A stretch of 64,000 bases of DNA from Neoechinorhynchus agilis (taxonomy: Eukaryota; Animalia; Acanthocephala). Below are positions 25,101-37,668 of the stretch, piece by piece (within the stretch, counting starts at the first letter, position 1; each line of letters opens with the position of its first letter). Under the pieces are notes generated by a model. The model saw nothing but the letters and a program-made list of their open reading frames with translations. It had not been told where the DNA came from and did not search any database. The stretch spans positions 7,112,864 to 7,176,863 of the forward strand of contig CM121342.1 in the NCBI GenBank assembly GCA_051530055.1, given 5' to 3'. Position numbers and translations under genes: made by a program.

Positions 25101-28100
25101 GATTCAACGGGTTTTTTATAGTAAAAACCAAAAAAGCTAAGCTGAAAAACAAAGAATTTATTCCACTTTTCTTCGTTTTCGTTAGAAACCAGTTAGATTC
25201 CTTCTTTATTTGGAATTTAGACTTTTAATTCTTTGACTGTTCATGAAAGCGTCCATCGATTCAACGGGTTTTTTATAGTAAAAACCAAAAAAGCTAAGCT
25301 GAAAAACAAAGAATTTATTCCACTTTTCTTCGTTTTCGTTAGAAACCAGTTAGATTCCTTCTTTATTTTGAATTTAGACTTTTAATTCTTTTTATATCCA
25401 TGAAAGCGTCCATCGATTCAACGGGTTTTTTATAGTAAAAACCAAAAAAGCTAAGCTGGAAAACAAAGAATTTATTCCACTTTTCTTCGTTTTCGTTAGA
25501 AACCAGTTAGATTCCTTCTTATTTTGAATTTAGACTTTTAATTCTTTTTATATCCATGAAAGCGTCCATCGATTCAACGGGTTTTTTTATAGTAAAAGCC
25601 AAAAAAGCTAAGCTGAAAAACAAAGAATTTATTCCACTTTTCTTCGTTCTCGTTAGAAACTCGTTAGATTCCTTCTTTATCTGGAATTTAGACTTTTAAT
25701 TCTTTGACTGTTCATGGAAGCGTCCATCGATTCAACGGGTTTTTTATAGTAAAGACAAAAAAATAAGCTGAAAAACAAAGAATTTATTCCACTTTTCTTC
25801 GTTCTCGTTAGAAACCAGTTAGATTCCTTCTTTATTTGGAATTTAGACTTTTAATTCTTTGACTGTCCATGAAAGCGTCATCGATTCAACGGGTTTTTTA
25901 TAGTAAAAACCAAAAAAGCTAGCTGAAAAACAAAGAATTTATTCCACTTTTCTTCGTTTTCGTTAGAAACCAGTTAGATTCCTTCTTTATTTGGAATTTA
26001 GACTTTTAATTCTTTTAATATCCATGAAAGCGTCCATCGATTCAACGGGTTTTTTATAGTAAAAACCAAAAAAGCTAAGCTGGAAAACAAAGAATTTATT
26101 CCACTTTTCTTCGTTCTCGTTAGAAACCAGTTAGATTCCTTCTTTATTTTGAATTTAGACTTTTAATTCTTTTTATATCCATGAAAGCGTCCATCGATTC
26201 AACGGGTTTTTTATAGTAAAAACCAAAAAAGCTAAGCTGAAAAACAAAGAATTTATTCCACTTTTCTTCGTTCTCGTCAGAAACTCGTTAGATTCCTTCT
26301 TTATCTGGAATTTAGACTTTTAATTCTTTGACTGTTCATGGAAGCGTCCATCGATTCAACGGGTTTTTTAAAGTAAGGACAAAAAAATAAGCTGAAAAAC
26401 AAAGAATTTATTCCACTTTTCTTCGTTCTCGTTAGAAACCAGTTAGATTCCTTCTTTATTTGGAATTTAGACTTTTAATTCTTTGACTGTTCATGAAAGC
26501 GTCCATCGATTCAACGGGTTTTTTATAGTAAAAACCAAAAAAGCTAAGCTGAAAAACAAAGAATTTATTCCACTTTTCTTCGTTCTCGTTAGAAACCAGT
26601 TAGATTCCTTCTTTATTTGGAATTTAGACTTTTAATTCTTTGACTGTTCATGAAAGCGTCCATCGATTCAACGGGTTTTTTATAGTAAAAACAAAAAAAT
26701 AAGCTGAAAAACAAAGAATTTATTCCACTTTTCTTCGTTCTCGTTAGAAACCAGTTAGATTCCTTCTTTATTTGGAATTTAGACTTTTAATTCTTTGACT
26801 GTCCATGAAAGCGTCCATCGATTCAACGGGTTTTTTATAGTAAAAACCAAAAAAGCTAAGCTGAAAAACAAAGAATTTATTCCACTTTTCTTCGTTCTCG
26901 TTAGAAACCAGTTAGATTCCTTCTTTATCTGGAATTTAGACTTTTAATTCTTTGACTGTTCATGAAAGCGTCCATCGATTCAACGGGTTTTTTATAGTAA
27001 AAACCAAAAAGCTAAGCTGAAAAACAAAGAATTTATTCCACTTTTCTTCGTTCTCGTTAGAAACCAGTTAGATTCCTTCTTTATTTGGAATTTAGACTTT
27101 TAATTCTTTGACTGTCCATGAAAGCGTCCATCGATTCAACGGGTTTTTTATAGTAAAAACCAAAAAAGCTAAGCTGAAAAACAAAGAATTTATTCCACTT
27201 TTCTTCGTTCTCGTTAGAAACCAGTTAGATTCCTTCTTTATCTGGAATTTAGACTTTTAATTCTTTGACTGTCCATGAAAGCGTCCATCGATTCAACGGG
27301 TTTTTTATAGTAAAAACCAAAAAAGCTAAGCTGAAAAACAAAGAATTTATTCCACTTTTCTTCGTTCTCGTTAGAAACCAGTTAGATTCCTTCTTTATTT
27401 GGAATTTAGACTTTTAATTCTTTGACTGTCCATGAAAGCGTCCATCGATTCAACGGGTTTTTTATAGTAAAAACCAAAAAAGCTAAGCTGGAAAACAAAG
27501 AATTTATTCCACTTTTCTTCGTTTTCGTTAGAAACCAGTTAGATTCCTTCTTTATTTGGAATTTAGACTTTTAATTCTTTGACTGTCCATGAAAGCGTCC
27601 ATCGATTCAACGGGTTTTTTATAGTAAAAACCAAAAAAGCTAAGCTGAAAAACAAAGAATTTATTCCACTTTTCTTCGTTTTCGTTAGAAACCAGTTAGA
27701 TTCCTTCTTTATTTGGAATTTAGACTTTTAATTCTTTGACTGTCCATGAAAGCGTCCATCGATTCAACGGGTTTTTTTATAGTAAAAACCAAAAAAGCTA
27801 AGCTGGAAAACAAAGAATTTATTCCACTTTTCTTCGTTTTCGTTAGAAACCAGTTAGATTCCTTCTTTATTTGGAATTTAGACTTTTAATTCTTTTTATA
27901 TCCATGAAAGCGTCCATCGATTCAACGGGTTTTTTTATAGTAAAAACCAAAAAAGCTAAGCTGAAAAACAAAGAATTTATTCCACTTTTCTTCGTTCTCG
28001 TTAGAAACTCGTTAGATTCCTTCTTTATCTGGAATTTAGACTTTTAATTCTTTGACTGTTCATGAAAGCGTCCATCGATTCAACGGGTTTTTTATAGTAA

Positions 28101-29790
28101 AAACCAAAAAAGCTAAGCTGAAAAACAAAGAATTTATTCCACTTTTCTTCGTTCTCGTTAGAAACCAGTTAGATTCCTTCTTTATTTGGAATTTAGACTT
28201 TTAATTCTTTGACTGTCCATGAAAGCGTCCATCGATTCAACGGGTTTTTTTATAGTAAAAACCAAAAAAGCTAAGCTGAAAAACAAAGAATTTATTCCAC
28301 TTTTCTTCGTTCTCGTTAGAAACCAGTTAGATTCCTTCTTTATTTGGAATTTAGACTTTTAATTCTTTGACTGTCCATGAAAGCGTCCATCGATTCAACG
28401 GGTTTTTTATAGTAAAAACCAAAAAAGCTAAGCTGAAAAACAAAGAATTTATTCCACTTTTCTTCGTTTTCGTTAGAAACCAGTTAGATTCCTTCTTTAT
28501 TTGGAATTTAGACTTTTAATTCTTTGACTGTTCATGAAAGCGTCCATCGATTCAACGGGTTTTTTATAGTAAAAACAAAAAAATAAGCTGAAAAACAAAG
28601 AATTTATTCCACTTTTCTTCGTTCTCGTTAGAAACCAGTTAGATTCCTTCTTTATCTGGAATTTAGACTTTTAATTCTTTGACTATCCATGAAAGCGTCC
28701 ATCGATTCAACGGGTTTTTTTATAGTAAAAACCAAAAAAGCTAAGCTGGAAAACAAAGAATTTATTCCACTTTTCTTCGTTTTCGTTAGAAACCAGTTAG
28801 ATTCCTTCTTTATTTGGAATTTAGACTTTTAATTCTTTGACTGTCCATGAAAGCGTCCATCGATTCAACGGGTTTTTTATAGTAAAAACCAAAAAAGCTA
28901 AGCTGAAAAACAAAGAATTTATTCCACTTTTCTTCGTTCTCGTTAGAAACCAGTTAGATTCCTTCTTTATTTGGAATTTAGACTTTTAATTCTTTGACTG
29001 TCCATGAAAGCGTCCATCGATTCAACGGGTTTTTTATAGTAAAAACCAAAAAAGCTAAGCTGAAAAACAAAGAATTTATTCCACTTTTCTTCGTTCTCGT
29101 TAGAAACCAGTTAGATTCCTTCTTTATCTGGAATTTAGACTTTTAATTCTTTGACTGTTCATGAAAGCGTCCATCGATTCAACGGGTTTTTTATAGTAAA
29201 AACAAAAAAATAAGCTGAAAAACAAAGAATTTATTCCACTTTTCTTCGTTCTCGTTAGAAACCAGTTAGATTCCTTCTTTATTTGGAATTTAGACTTTTA
29301 ATTCTTTGACTGTCCATGAAAGCGTCCATCGATTCAACGGGTTTTTTATAGTAAAAGCCAAAAAAGCTAAGCTGGAAAACAAAGAATTTATTCCACTTTT
29401 CTTCGTTTTCGTTAGAAACCAGTTAGATTCCTTCTTTATTTGGAATTTAGACTTTTAATTCTTTTACTATCCATGAAAGCGTCCATCGATTCAACGGGTT
29501 TTTTTATAGTAAAAGCCAAAAAAGCTAAGCTGGAAAACAAAGAATTTATTCCACTTTTCTTCGTTTTCGTTAGAAACCAGTTAGATTCCTTCTTTATTTG
29601 GAATTTAGACTTTTAATTCTTTGACTGTCCATGAAAGCGTCCATCGATTCAACGGGTTTTTTATAGTAAAAGCCAAAAAAGCTAAGCTGAAAAACAAAGA
29701 ATTTATTCCACTTTTCTTCGTTCTCGTTAGAAACCAGTTAGATTCCTTCTTTATCTGGGATTTGGACCTTTAATTCTTTTAATATCCATG
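22145..29790. repeat. Satellite array C, ~157-159-bp unit, ~48 copies
   Basis: TCCATGAAAGCGTCCATCGATTCAACGGG recurs every ~158 bp, and the monomers are highly similar. Confidence 0.99.
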
Positions 29791-30221
29791 AAATTGTTGA
29801 TCTCCAAGGACTTCTCGTATTTTCCATGTTCTTCTGTCTTACGGTCTATCGGCGTTTCATGAGGCATCCATTTTTCGGCCTAGACTGAGTTTTTCTTAAT
29901 GTCCGTTCATTTTAGTGGTCTTCGTGGACGGTGGTTATCTTGAAAAAATTTAAAATATTTTTCACTCAAAGCAATCGCATTTTACTGAAGTTTCATGAAT
30001 CAATAAGAGTTTTTGCTAATTTCCCTGAATTTTTGTTGACTTCCCTTTTTCAAGTTTTTGATAGAATTACAGTAAAAGATTTCGCTTGTAAAATTATTGT
30101 CGCATCGTCTCGCAGGATGCTTTTCCCCTATGAAAAATATCGTTATTCCTTCCGCTCTTAGCACTTCTCGAATTTCGGAGCGGAAATGTTCTTAAGGAAT
30201 CGAATTGCTTTATTTTCTCGT

Positions 30222-31258
30222 TTTTCTATTCCAGAAATTTCTAAAGGTCAGTCTTAACGACTTTGAAGTCACCTTTTTAGTTTAAAAATAGAATTTAAAT
30301 CGTATAAAAATTTATTTATTTACCCTTCTTTATTTTACTTCAAATCGCAGTTTTCAAGTAAATCTTCTTTTTTCTGTTCCAGAAATTACTAAAGGTCAGT
30401 CTTAACGACTTTAAGTCACCTTTTTAGTTTAAAATGAAATTACTAAAGGTCAGTCTTAACGACTTTGAAGTCACCTTTTTATTTTAAGAAAAGAATTTAA
30501 ATCGTATTAAAATTTATTTATTTGTCCTTCTTTATTTTTCTTCAAATCGCAGTTTACAAGTAAATCTTCTTTTTTCTATTCCAGAAATTTCTAAAGGTCA
30601 GTCTTAACGACTTTGAAGTCACCTTTTTAGTTTAAGAAAAGAATTTAAATCGTATTAAATTTATTTATTTATCCTTTTATATTTTACTTCAAATCGCAGT
30701 TTACAAGTCGATCTTCTTTTTTCTATTCCAGAAATTTCTAAAGGTCAGTCTTAACGACTTTGAAGTCACCTTTTTAGTTTAAGAAAAGAATTTAAATCGT
30801 ATTAAATTTATTTATTTATCCTTTTATATTTTACTTCAAATCGCAGTTTACAAGTCGATCTTCTTTTTTCTATTCCAGAAATTTCTAAAGGTCAGTCTTA
30901 ACGACTTTGAAGTCACCTTTTTAGTTTAAGAAAAGAATTTAAATCGTATTAAATTTATTTATTTATCCTTTTATATTTTACTTCAAATCGCAGTTTACAA
31001 GTCGATCTTCTTTTTTCTATTCCAGAAATTTCTAAAGGTCAGTCTTAACGACTTTGAAGTCACCTTTTTAGTTTAAGAAAAGAATTTAAATCGTATTAAA
31101 TTTATTTATTTATCCTTTTATATTTTACTTCAAATCGCAGTTTACAAGTCGATCTTCTTTTTTCTATTCCAGAAATTTCTAAAGGTCAGTCTTAACGACT
31201 TTGAAGTCACCTTTTTAGTTTAAAAATAGACTTAAAATCGTATTAAAAAAATTATTTA
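30222..31258. repeat. Tandem array D, ~147-bp unit, ~7 copies
   Basis: CCAGAAATTTCTAAAGGTCAGTCTTAACGAC recurs at ~30231, 30379, 30581, 30729, 30876, 31022 and 31168. Confidence 0.96.
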
Positions 31259-31480
31259 TCCTGTTAAATAAAAAAAGATTATTTTCCGAGCATAAAACAG
31301 TACTTCTCTATAAATCATAATGACTTTCCGGATCTCCAATTTCACCCCGAAGACTTATGCAAAGCTGTGTTGTATTTCATTAGTAAATACGTCCGTTCCC
31401 TGCCGGGAGAAGTGTTAGTTTCAGCCCACATTTCCTGTAAGACTTCATGCAAATAATTTCATATCCTTCAACTTTAGACA

Positions 31481-32601
31481 ATGTCAGCCGTATCGTCAGA
31501 CGACGACAATCGTTCGCCGACCGGTCTATCGATTCTATTTCAAAAATCTCTAAAGGTATCAGACGAAGGGGAGCCCGAGCCAATGGACTGGGAGGATCTG
31601 AATCAGAACGATGAAGATATAATTCCTATGGATGAAGAAGTCGAATCAGGTTCTAGTAAAGAACCTTCAGCTCCTATTTCGTCTCCTATTGAAACGAATA
31701 TCACCGGATTCCGACGCTTTCTCCTGCCGATTTCAATTGTTGTATTTTTAGCTCTTGGGATTTACCTAGAACTACGATCTCCTGAGCTGTGCCATAAAAC
31801 CGGAGTCTTTCCTTCAATCGATTCATTTGGTGTGGACATCCATGAAAGTATGATTGGTCAGCTACGTCCAATAAGATCAATTTTAAAAGAGATAGAGCAG
31901 TTTAACTCTACGAAGCAAATCACTGAGCAATCAATAGTAGTGAAAATGTTGAATGGAAGTCACGGTGTTGGCAAATCAATGTTTTTTAAGCTTTTGGACG
32001 CTTATTATCCACAGCTTAAGGTAAATGGAATTGATTTTCAGGAGATATTGATGAATAGAAAAAGTACAGCAAACGTTAGGCTAAATCCTTGTTCATTTAA
32101 AAGTGAAACGAATGTGCTTCCGAGTCGCATAGTTGTAGTTGATCATGCAAATATATGCGGAGAAGAGCAAGCTCAAGAAGATTGGGAGTTGGTGAAACGT
32201 ATTTTCGATTATTATCGAACTGTTAAGGAACGTTTGTTAGTTTTCTTTAAATTGAGAGGGGCAGAGATGTTATTTGGGGCCGAAGTTCGTCTATGCTTTC
32301 TCCAAATATTCCTTTATCTCCCGTGGACAACAAATGCAGGGTTCGATTTTCGTTCCTACTTAAATCTCCAATTAGTATCATTCAGTTTAACGAAGTTACA
32401 CGAAGTGATGTTCTGAGACTTGTGAAGAAACTCGTGGTTCCTGACATTTATGAATCTACAGCTGAATATGTATGCTCAATTTTAAATCTTAGTTGTGACG
32501 GAAAGAGCGAGGACAAATGCAATAGGATTGTGAGCGAAAGTGGATATAGACGAATCCCTTTTCTATGTAAATACCATCATGATGTGATGGCAAGTACATG
32601 A
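31481..32601 (+). CDS. Torsin-family-like AAA+ membrane protein; one frame change near 32250-32375 (intron, junction unresolved)
   Basis: Acidic N-terminus, TM helix (FLLPISIVVFLALGIYL), IHESMIGQ, Walker A-like GSHGVGKS, FDYY...VFFKLRGAE, then a second frame IIQFNEVTRSDV...VSESGYRRI resembling the torsin C-terminus. Walker B is degenerate (VVDH). Confidence 0.55.
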
Positions 32602-32643
32602 TCAATCATATTTATTTTTGGTCAATTAAAGTCTTCAGTTGGT

Positions 32644-35600
32644 CTAAATGGTAGCAACGTAGGGGCTGGGTAAATCCGGCTGTGGATTATACGAGTATAT
32701 GGATGGAGTGTTACAAATTGAATTTTCTCTCCTCACGTTTTCCTCGCAACAGTTGATCCAAGGACTCAAATCAATGTCTTCGAGTGATTCACAACTCTGA
32801 TAATCATCAGGGAATCGAGATCTTATGAAGACATTTGCAGGAATTCGATCGATTGAATCACTGTTAGCGCAAATGATTCTCGCTAAGTTCGATTTCTTCA
32901 CTTGTTTTAACTGGTCTTCACTAAATACTCCATCGTTTTCGTACCAAAACCTGTCTCCATTACGGATAGATTCAAACTGCTTTTTTAGAAGACATTGAAA
33001 TAACGGACCAATCCGACCATCACCAACACTGTCTTCGAGAATTCCACCAATCCAAACGTCCACGTTGTCTATGTTGCGATTCTTTTCTAAGCTATTGATC
33101 CTTTTTTTTTATGAAAAATTTGATTTTATTGTTAAGGTAAATGCCGTGTTTAATCCACATTTAACACTTTTACAATGACCCGCATCGGAATATATCTTAA
33201 CAATAAAATCCCTTCTAACCCAGATTATCATCACAATTAAAAATTTATCATCCCGTAGGATTTTCTCACTTGTGTGTCCATCGAAATGCAGCAACAAATG
33301 CTAATCTCTGTATTTCAAACCGAAAAAGCAAAAAACGTCAAAGTATGATTAAATGGTGTACAAATCCCGGTTCTTATTAAAAAAAATTAAAAAGCCGTTC
33401 ATATTATCATTTTTTAATGACTTTAATAGTTTTGGAGCAATAATTGAGATTGTCTTGTTTTAATGAGTAGACTTACACAATTTTTAGTTTTCCATAGATT
33501 TTTTTTATGAGCTCCCCTCTCGGCTAGGCTCCAGTGGTTATATCTGCAAAACACTAGAAAAGGTTACGAACCCAAAGAAGACCTTGAGAGCTTTGAAAAA
33601 TCGCAATTTACGTGCTTATATACCATCTCGAGTTTTTGTAAAACATTTCGATCTAAAATGACATCATTAAGCTCATCGAATTCCTTAATTGGTTTAAATC
33701 CACAAAACTGTCGATATTTTGTATAGGACGGTAAGCCATGATCTCGTCCTCTTTGAACATTTAAGGCAGCTAAATCTTGAGAGATTTCACGGATAATATT
33801 GAATAAATGTTCTGTAAGTTCCGGATTGAGCATTTGTCCACTAACCTTTAGTTTTAAAGGTGCAGCAAACATTCCTCTGAGTAGCGGATCCGGCCCACCT
33901 TCCTCTAATAATCTCCAAGGAGAGAAAAAAGCGTCTCGTAGCATTATATTTCCTTGTTCTACAATGCATCATGATTACTTCGTTCTGAGAAGCCTTAGAA
34001 ACAATCATGTTGCAATTTATTGGTTCCAATGACGCATTTAATCTATATATTATTGGATTGATAAGAGTATGTCCGAATCTAAAGACGGCTGTTGCAATTA
34101 CATTGACGCTGCTAGGATTCACGGAATCGTTATATCCACGATATGGCTCAATTTGAGTTCGTTTGCCCAGAATGAGAGGAAGCCAATGTTTGTAAGTAAT
34201 GTGCTGCATCTGAGCACTAACGATTTTTCTAGTTTCTTGAAAGACTTGTTCGTCTGACCAATGTGGATTAAGATTGCCTAATTTCTCAGCAAGGCGATTA
34301 TGTTGCCTGGCCCAGATTGTGTGCATGGCTGTAAGACCGAGTTGTTCACTAGCTCGATGATCCCCAGCCAAAAAACAACCGACTGGGCTTGCTCGAGCAT
34401 CGCGGTCACGCTGACAGTCAACCGGAGTATCGACTGCAAATGGAAGTAATCGCTGCTTGTAACGATTATCCCTAAAATATCGAACAATTTAGTATGGTAT
34501 CCACTCAAATACAGACACTTACTTTCTCATTCTGAGAAGTCCTCGTCCATACGAATGTTCCCTCAAGTCATGTTGCTCTTGTTCAGTACTACCGTAAACA
34601 TTTGATGCATCAATGAAGGCAGTGATTTGATTGATTTGTTCTCGTTTTATTGGAACGCCGTTCAAAAGCGACGTTTCACCAGTCAAACAAACATCGGTCG
34701 ATCTAAATGAGAGATTGAGGAAACATCGGTACGTGCTAGTTCAACTAACTTTACAAATTCAATACAATTTCCACGCTGTCCGATTCTTGGATCATCTTTC
34801 GGGATCGATATCGGGTAACATGGAGCTTCTCGAGTACAGCTACTCACACAGAGTCTAGCATCACTGAAAGTATGAGTACCGGTGGCCATGAGTGTATGGG
34901 TGAAATCATGATCAACGAATTGTCCCCATTGCATAATCATATGAGTGAAAGCCGGATCCGGAGTAATTCTTGGACTTGATATCAATTTCGACGATACAAG
35001 CCTCGGTGAAGGCAGTTGAAACCCGTTATGGAGCTTGGTTATGTTCCAACCTTTTGGTGTATTAAAGTTGTTGTCGTACTCAGATGGCAAATAACGTTCA
35101 AATGGAGTTTGAGATGCTCCCCACATTTTATGCTTAAGATTATTACATGTGCCATCAGCTGAACGGTATGATTGGCATTTTGATTTACAGTTCGCCGGGA
35201 TGATTTGGTGTGGAAAACATCCGGTTACAGTTGATAATCGTGTCAAATGTTGAGATGGAATACTCGGTGGACGTAAGTGTTCTGGTCGTGGAAGTTCCAT
35301 TCGATGTGCATTTATACCTTCCTCGATTTTCCTCCTTAGAATCCTCATCCCTTGTTCGTAGAAACGCTCAGCACTATCAATACTGCCCACTCCGATGGAG
35401 CCACTCAACAGATTAGCTATAGCCTTCAAATCAAAAGGAAGCGTTTCGACAGCCAGGTCCTCGTAAGCAGTGAGTGTTATATTGTTACGAGATCGTTCTG
35501 CCTCCATTCTCATCTCTTTAAGATCATCAACATCAATATCATCAGCTCCTAAGAAAACAACATTTAAATGAACTACGGAAATCTCTATTGCCTTACTGAT

Positions 35601-37668
35601 AATTTTCAAATTGAACGAGTGTTGATCCGTTCCGACTATATTCTCTACTATGCACATGTATCGACCAGAATCGCTTGAATGTGCTGAAGAAATTTTTAGG
35701 CTGCCATCGCTGAGAACACTTTTGCGGTTGTCGAATTCGATTGGTACATTGTCTTGGTACCAGCGGGTTAATGGTGATGGATAACCAGTGGAACTACATT
35801 CCAACACGAATTGTTGACCCAGTCGTGCAGTGGTGTCTTTTTGTTTATGGGAGATAAATGGTGAAACTAAAAAAAACAATGGAACTTTAGATGTTTTGTA
35901 GGTTAGGTGAAAAACTTTCCATATCAATTTATCTTTTAAAATATAAAGGTAAACATATTTTTCGTATAAAGAAATTAAGTTAAAACTCTAAGAAAAAACG
36001 ACGATTCAAATAAAAGTCAAAAATTGCCTCATTTTCAGATCGAAAGTGAGAAAAGTCTCATCAATCCTTGGTTTTTTTAAGATCGCTTACCGGCCTCTTC
36101 AACTGATACTTGACAAGAAGCTTCATCCGAGCCCAATTTATTGGTAGCAATGCAAGTATAAAGTCCGTTGTGCTTACTATGTCATGATTTCTAAAATTTT
36201 AAAGTCAAAAAAAGAGAGAAATCATGGAATACGTGAAGCGTTAAAGAAACGAAGAACATGTGGATATGATTTAGTTGAAAGATACGATTCTCCTTCGATT
36301 ATAGGATTTCCATTCTTTGTCCATTGTACTTGAGGTTTAGGAAATCCTTCAACATTGCACTTAAGAACGAAATCTGATCCTTGAACAGGAAAGATCGATC
36401 GCTCTTCGAATTCCACTGAGGGCTCAGCTATGTTGGTTTCAATAGAACCAAAGTAATAAACACATAAAAAATCTTACATTCAATAGACAATTTAACTGCA
36501 GCGCTTATATACTTGCGTCCTTTTAAAACTCGACAGGTGTAAAGTCCAATATCTTCGATTAAAATTGAATCGAACACTAGTCCACTGGCTGTCGTGTATA
36601 CCCGTAAACTCGACTTTAGTGGTTTATCATCCTTTTTAAATTTAAAATAAGGTTTTCTTTACTGAGGATTGCATTCCAGTGGTTAAATATGTTATTATTT
36701 AGATCTGTCTTCTACAGCCGAGAAGGATCATTAAAGACAAAAAACTTACAAACAATAGAATTGGTGTTTTTTTATTTAGGGCTGAAAAACTGAAGGAGTT
36801 TTATTAAATCCCTCAACTGAAATATCGGATTTAATAAAACTCCCTCAATTTTTCCGCCATAATTATCAGCCGTGTGATAAAAGGCCACACATTGATAAAC
36901 AATAGAATTGATAAAATGACTCTGGTCTTGAAAGCGATCTCTCTCTCGGTTGTTGTTGTTGACAAACGACCAAAATAATAACTAAAAATCAATGAAATTT
37001 GTTTAGTTACCTTTTGCCACTCCAATATATATGGATTATTAGGTGAACATGGAATTATTAGCTTATCTCCGATTCTGACGGACACTAATCTTGGTGGTCT
37101 TTCTTTAAACACAGAGTCAAATTCGTTGGTATACAATCGTTTTTTCCTAATGAGCATCTGACAAGGCTTTAGGTTGCTCACTTGTATTCCAGCTACGTCC
37201 GGAGGTGTACGGCAAATTCCTTCAACTCTGTCGATCGACCTTAAAAACCTCTGGAACCTTCGAAACAAGTAGCAGTCACAGGCAAGGTTTGAACCCAGGT
37301 TACTAAAAGTGAATTTAGTCCAAATAAAGTGTTCGTGAATATTTTACATGTTCTTTAAATTTGGGAATTGCTTGAACCAATTTGAGTTCGCGATTAGAGG
37401 TTCGCATCTTCTTAGATCCCTTCGAAAATGACGCTCATTTATGAGTACTTTTAAATCCTAAACTTACAAACTGTGAATTTTATCATCATAGATTTTATTT
37501 ATCCAAGCTAGACATTGCCTATTTAGACATTCAATTCTATCGCCTTCGTATCGACAATGAGGAGATGACCAAGAGCCTTGTAGCAGCACACCAATCAAAA
37601 TAATGCCTATCTGATGTCGTGATTTATGAATTTTACCATTATCCAAGAGAATAACAAAATCATACCAT
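32644..37668 (-). CDS. PXDN: Peroxidasin (signal peptide, reduced LRR, three Ig domains, animal heme peroxidase; no VWC seen)
   Basis: [68 protein letters not shown] and GDRFWYEN. There are nine GT-AG introns (37611-37665, 37420-37467, 37303-37347, 36632-37010, 36428-36477, 35867-36090, 35549-35596, 34703-34749, 34472-34522) plus three non-canonical inserts. Confidence 0.93.
33070..33610 (-). other. TA-bounded hairpin intervening sequence in PXDN (541 nt, 539 removed)
   Basis: Sense ends are TAAATTGCGATTTTTCAAAGCT and AGCTTAGAAAAGAATCGCAACATA; removal gives VYKHV|DNVDVWIGG. Confidence 0.82.
33960..34019 (-). other. TA-bounded hairpin intervening sequence in PXDN (60 nt, 58 removed)
   Basis: Sense ends are TAAATTGCAACATGATT and AATCATGATGCATTGTA (14/17 complementary); removal gives LEPI|[15 protein letters not shown]. 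Confidence 0.85.
36178..36231 (-). other. TA-bounded hairpin intervening sequence in PXDN (54 nt, 52 removed)
   Basis: Sense ends are TATTCCATGATTTCT and AGAAATCATGACATA (13/15 complementary); removal gives LRFFNASR|SKHNGLYTC in an Ig domain. Confidence 0.78.
36779..36892. repeat. Palindrome (~34-bp arms) plus a lone MITE TIR inside a canonical PXDN intron
   Basis: GGAGTTTTATTAAATCC / GGATTTAATAAAACTCC core, followed by CAGCCGTGTGATAAAAGGCCACACA as in the 6165-6354 MITE. Confidence 0.8.

Noticed and set aside
22145-29790. Regular arrays as CRISPR loci
   Set aside because: The units repeat in full with no unique spacers, there are no cas genes, and the context is eukaryotic.
32271-32308. 38-nt TA-bounded hairpin (TATTTGGGG/CTCCAAATA) in the torsin-like gene
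   Set aside because: Its removal (36 nt) keeps the frame and does not fix the frameshift, so nothing shows it is excised.
33070-34019. U12-type (AT-AC/AT-AG) explanation for the non-canonical inserts
   Set aside because: No ATATCCTT 5' consensus or TCCTTAAC branch motif is visible at the ends.
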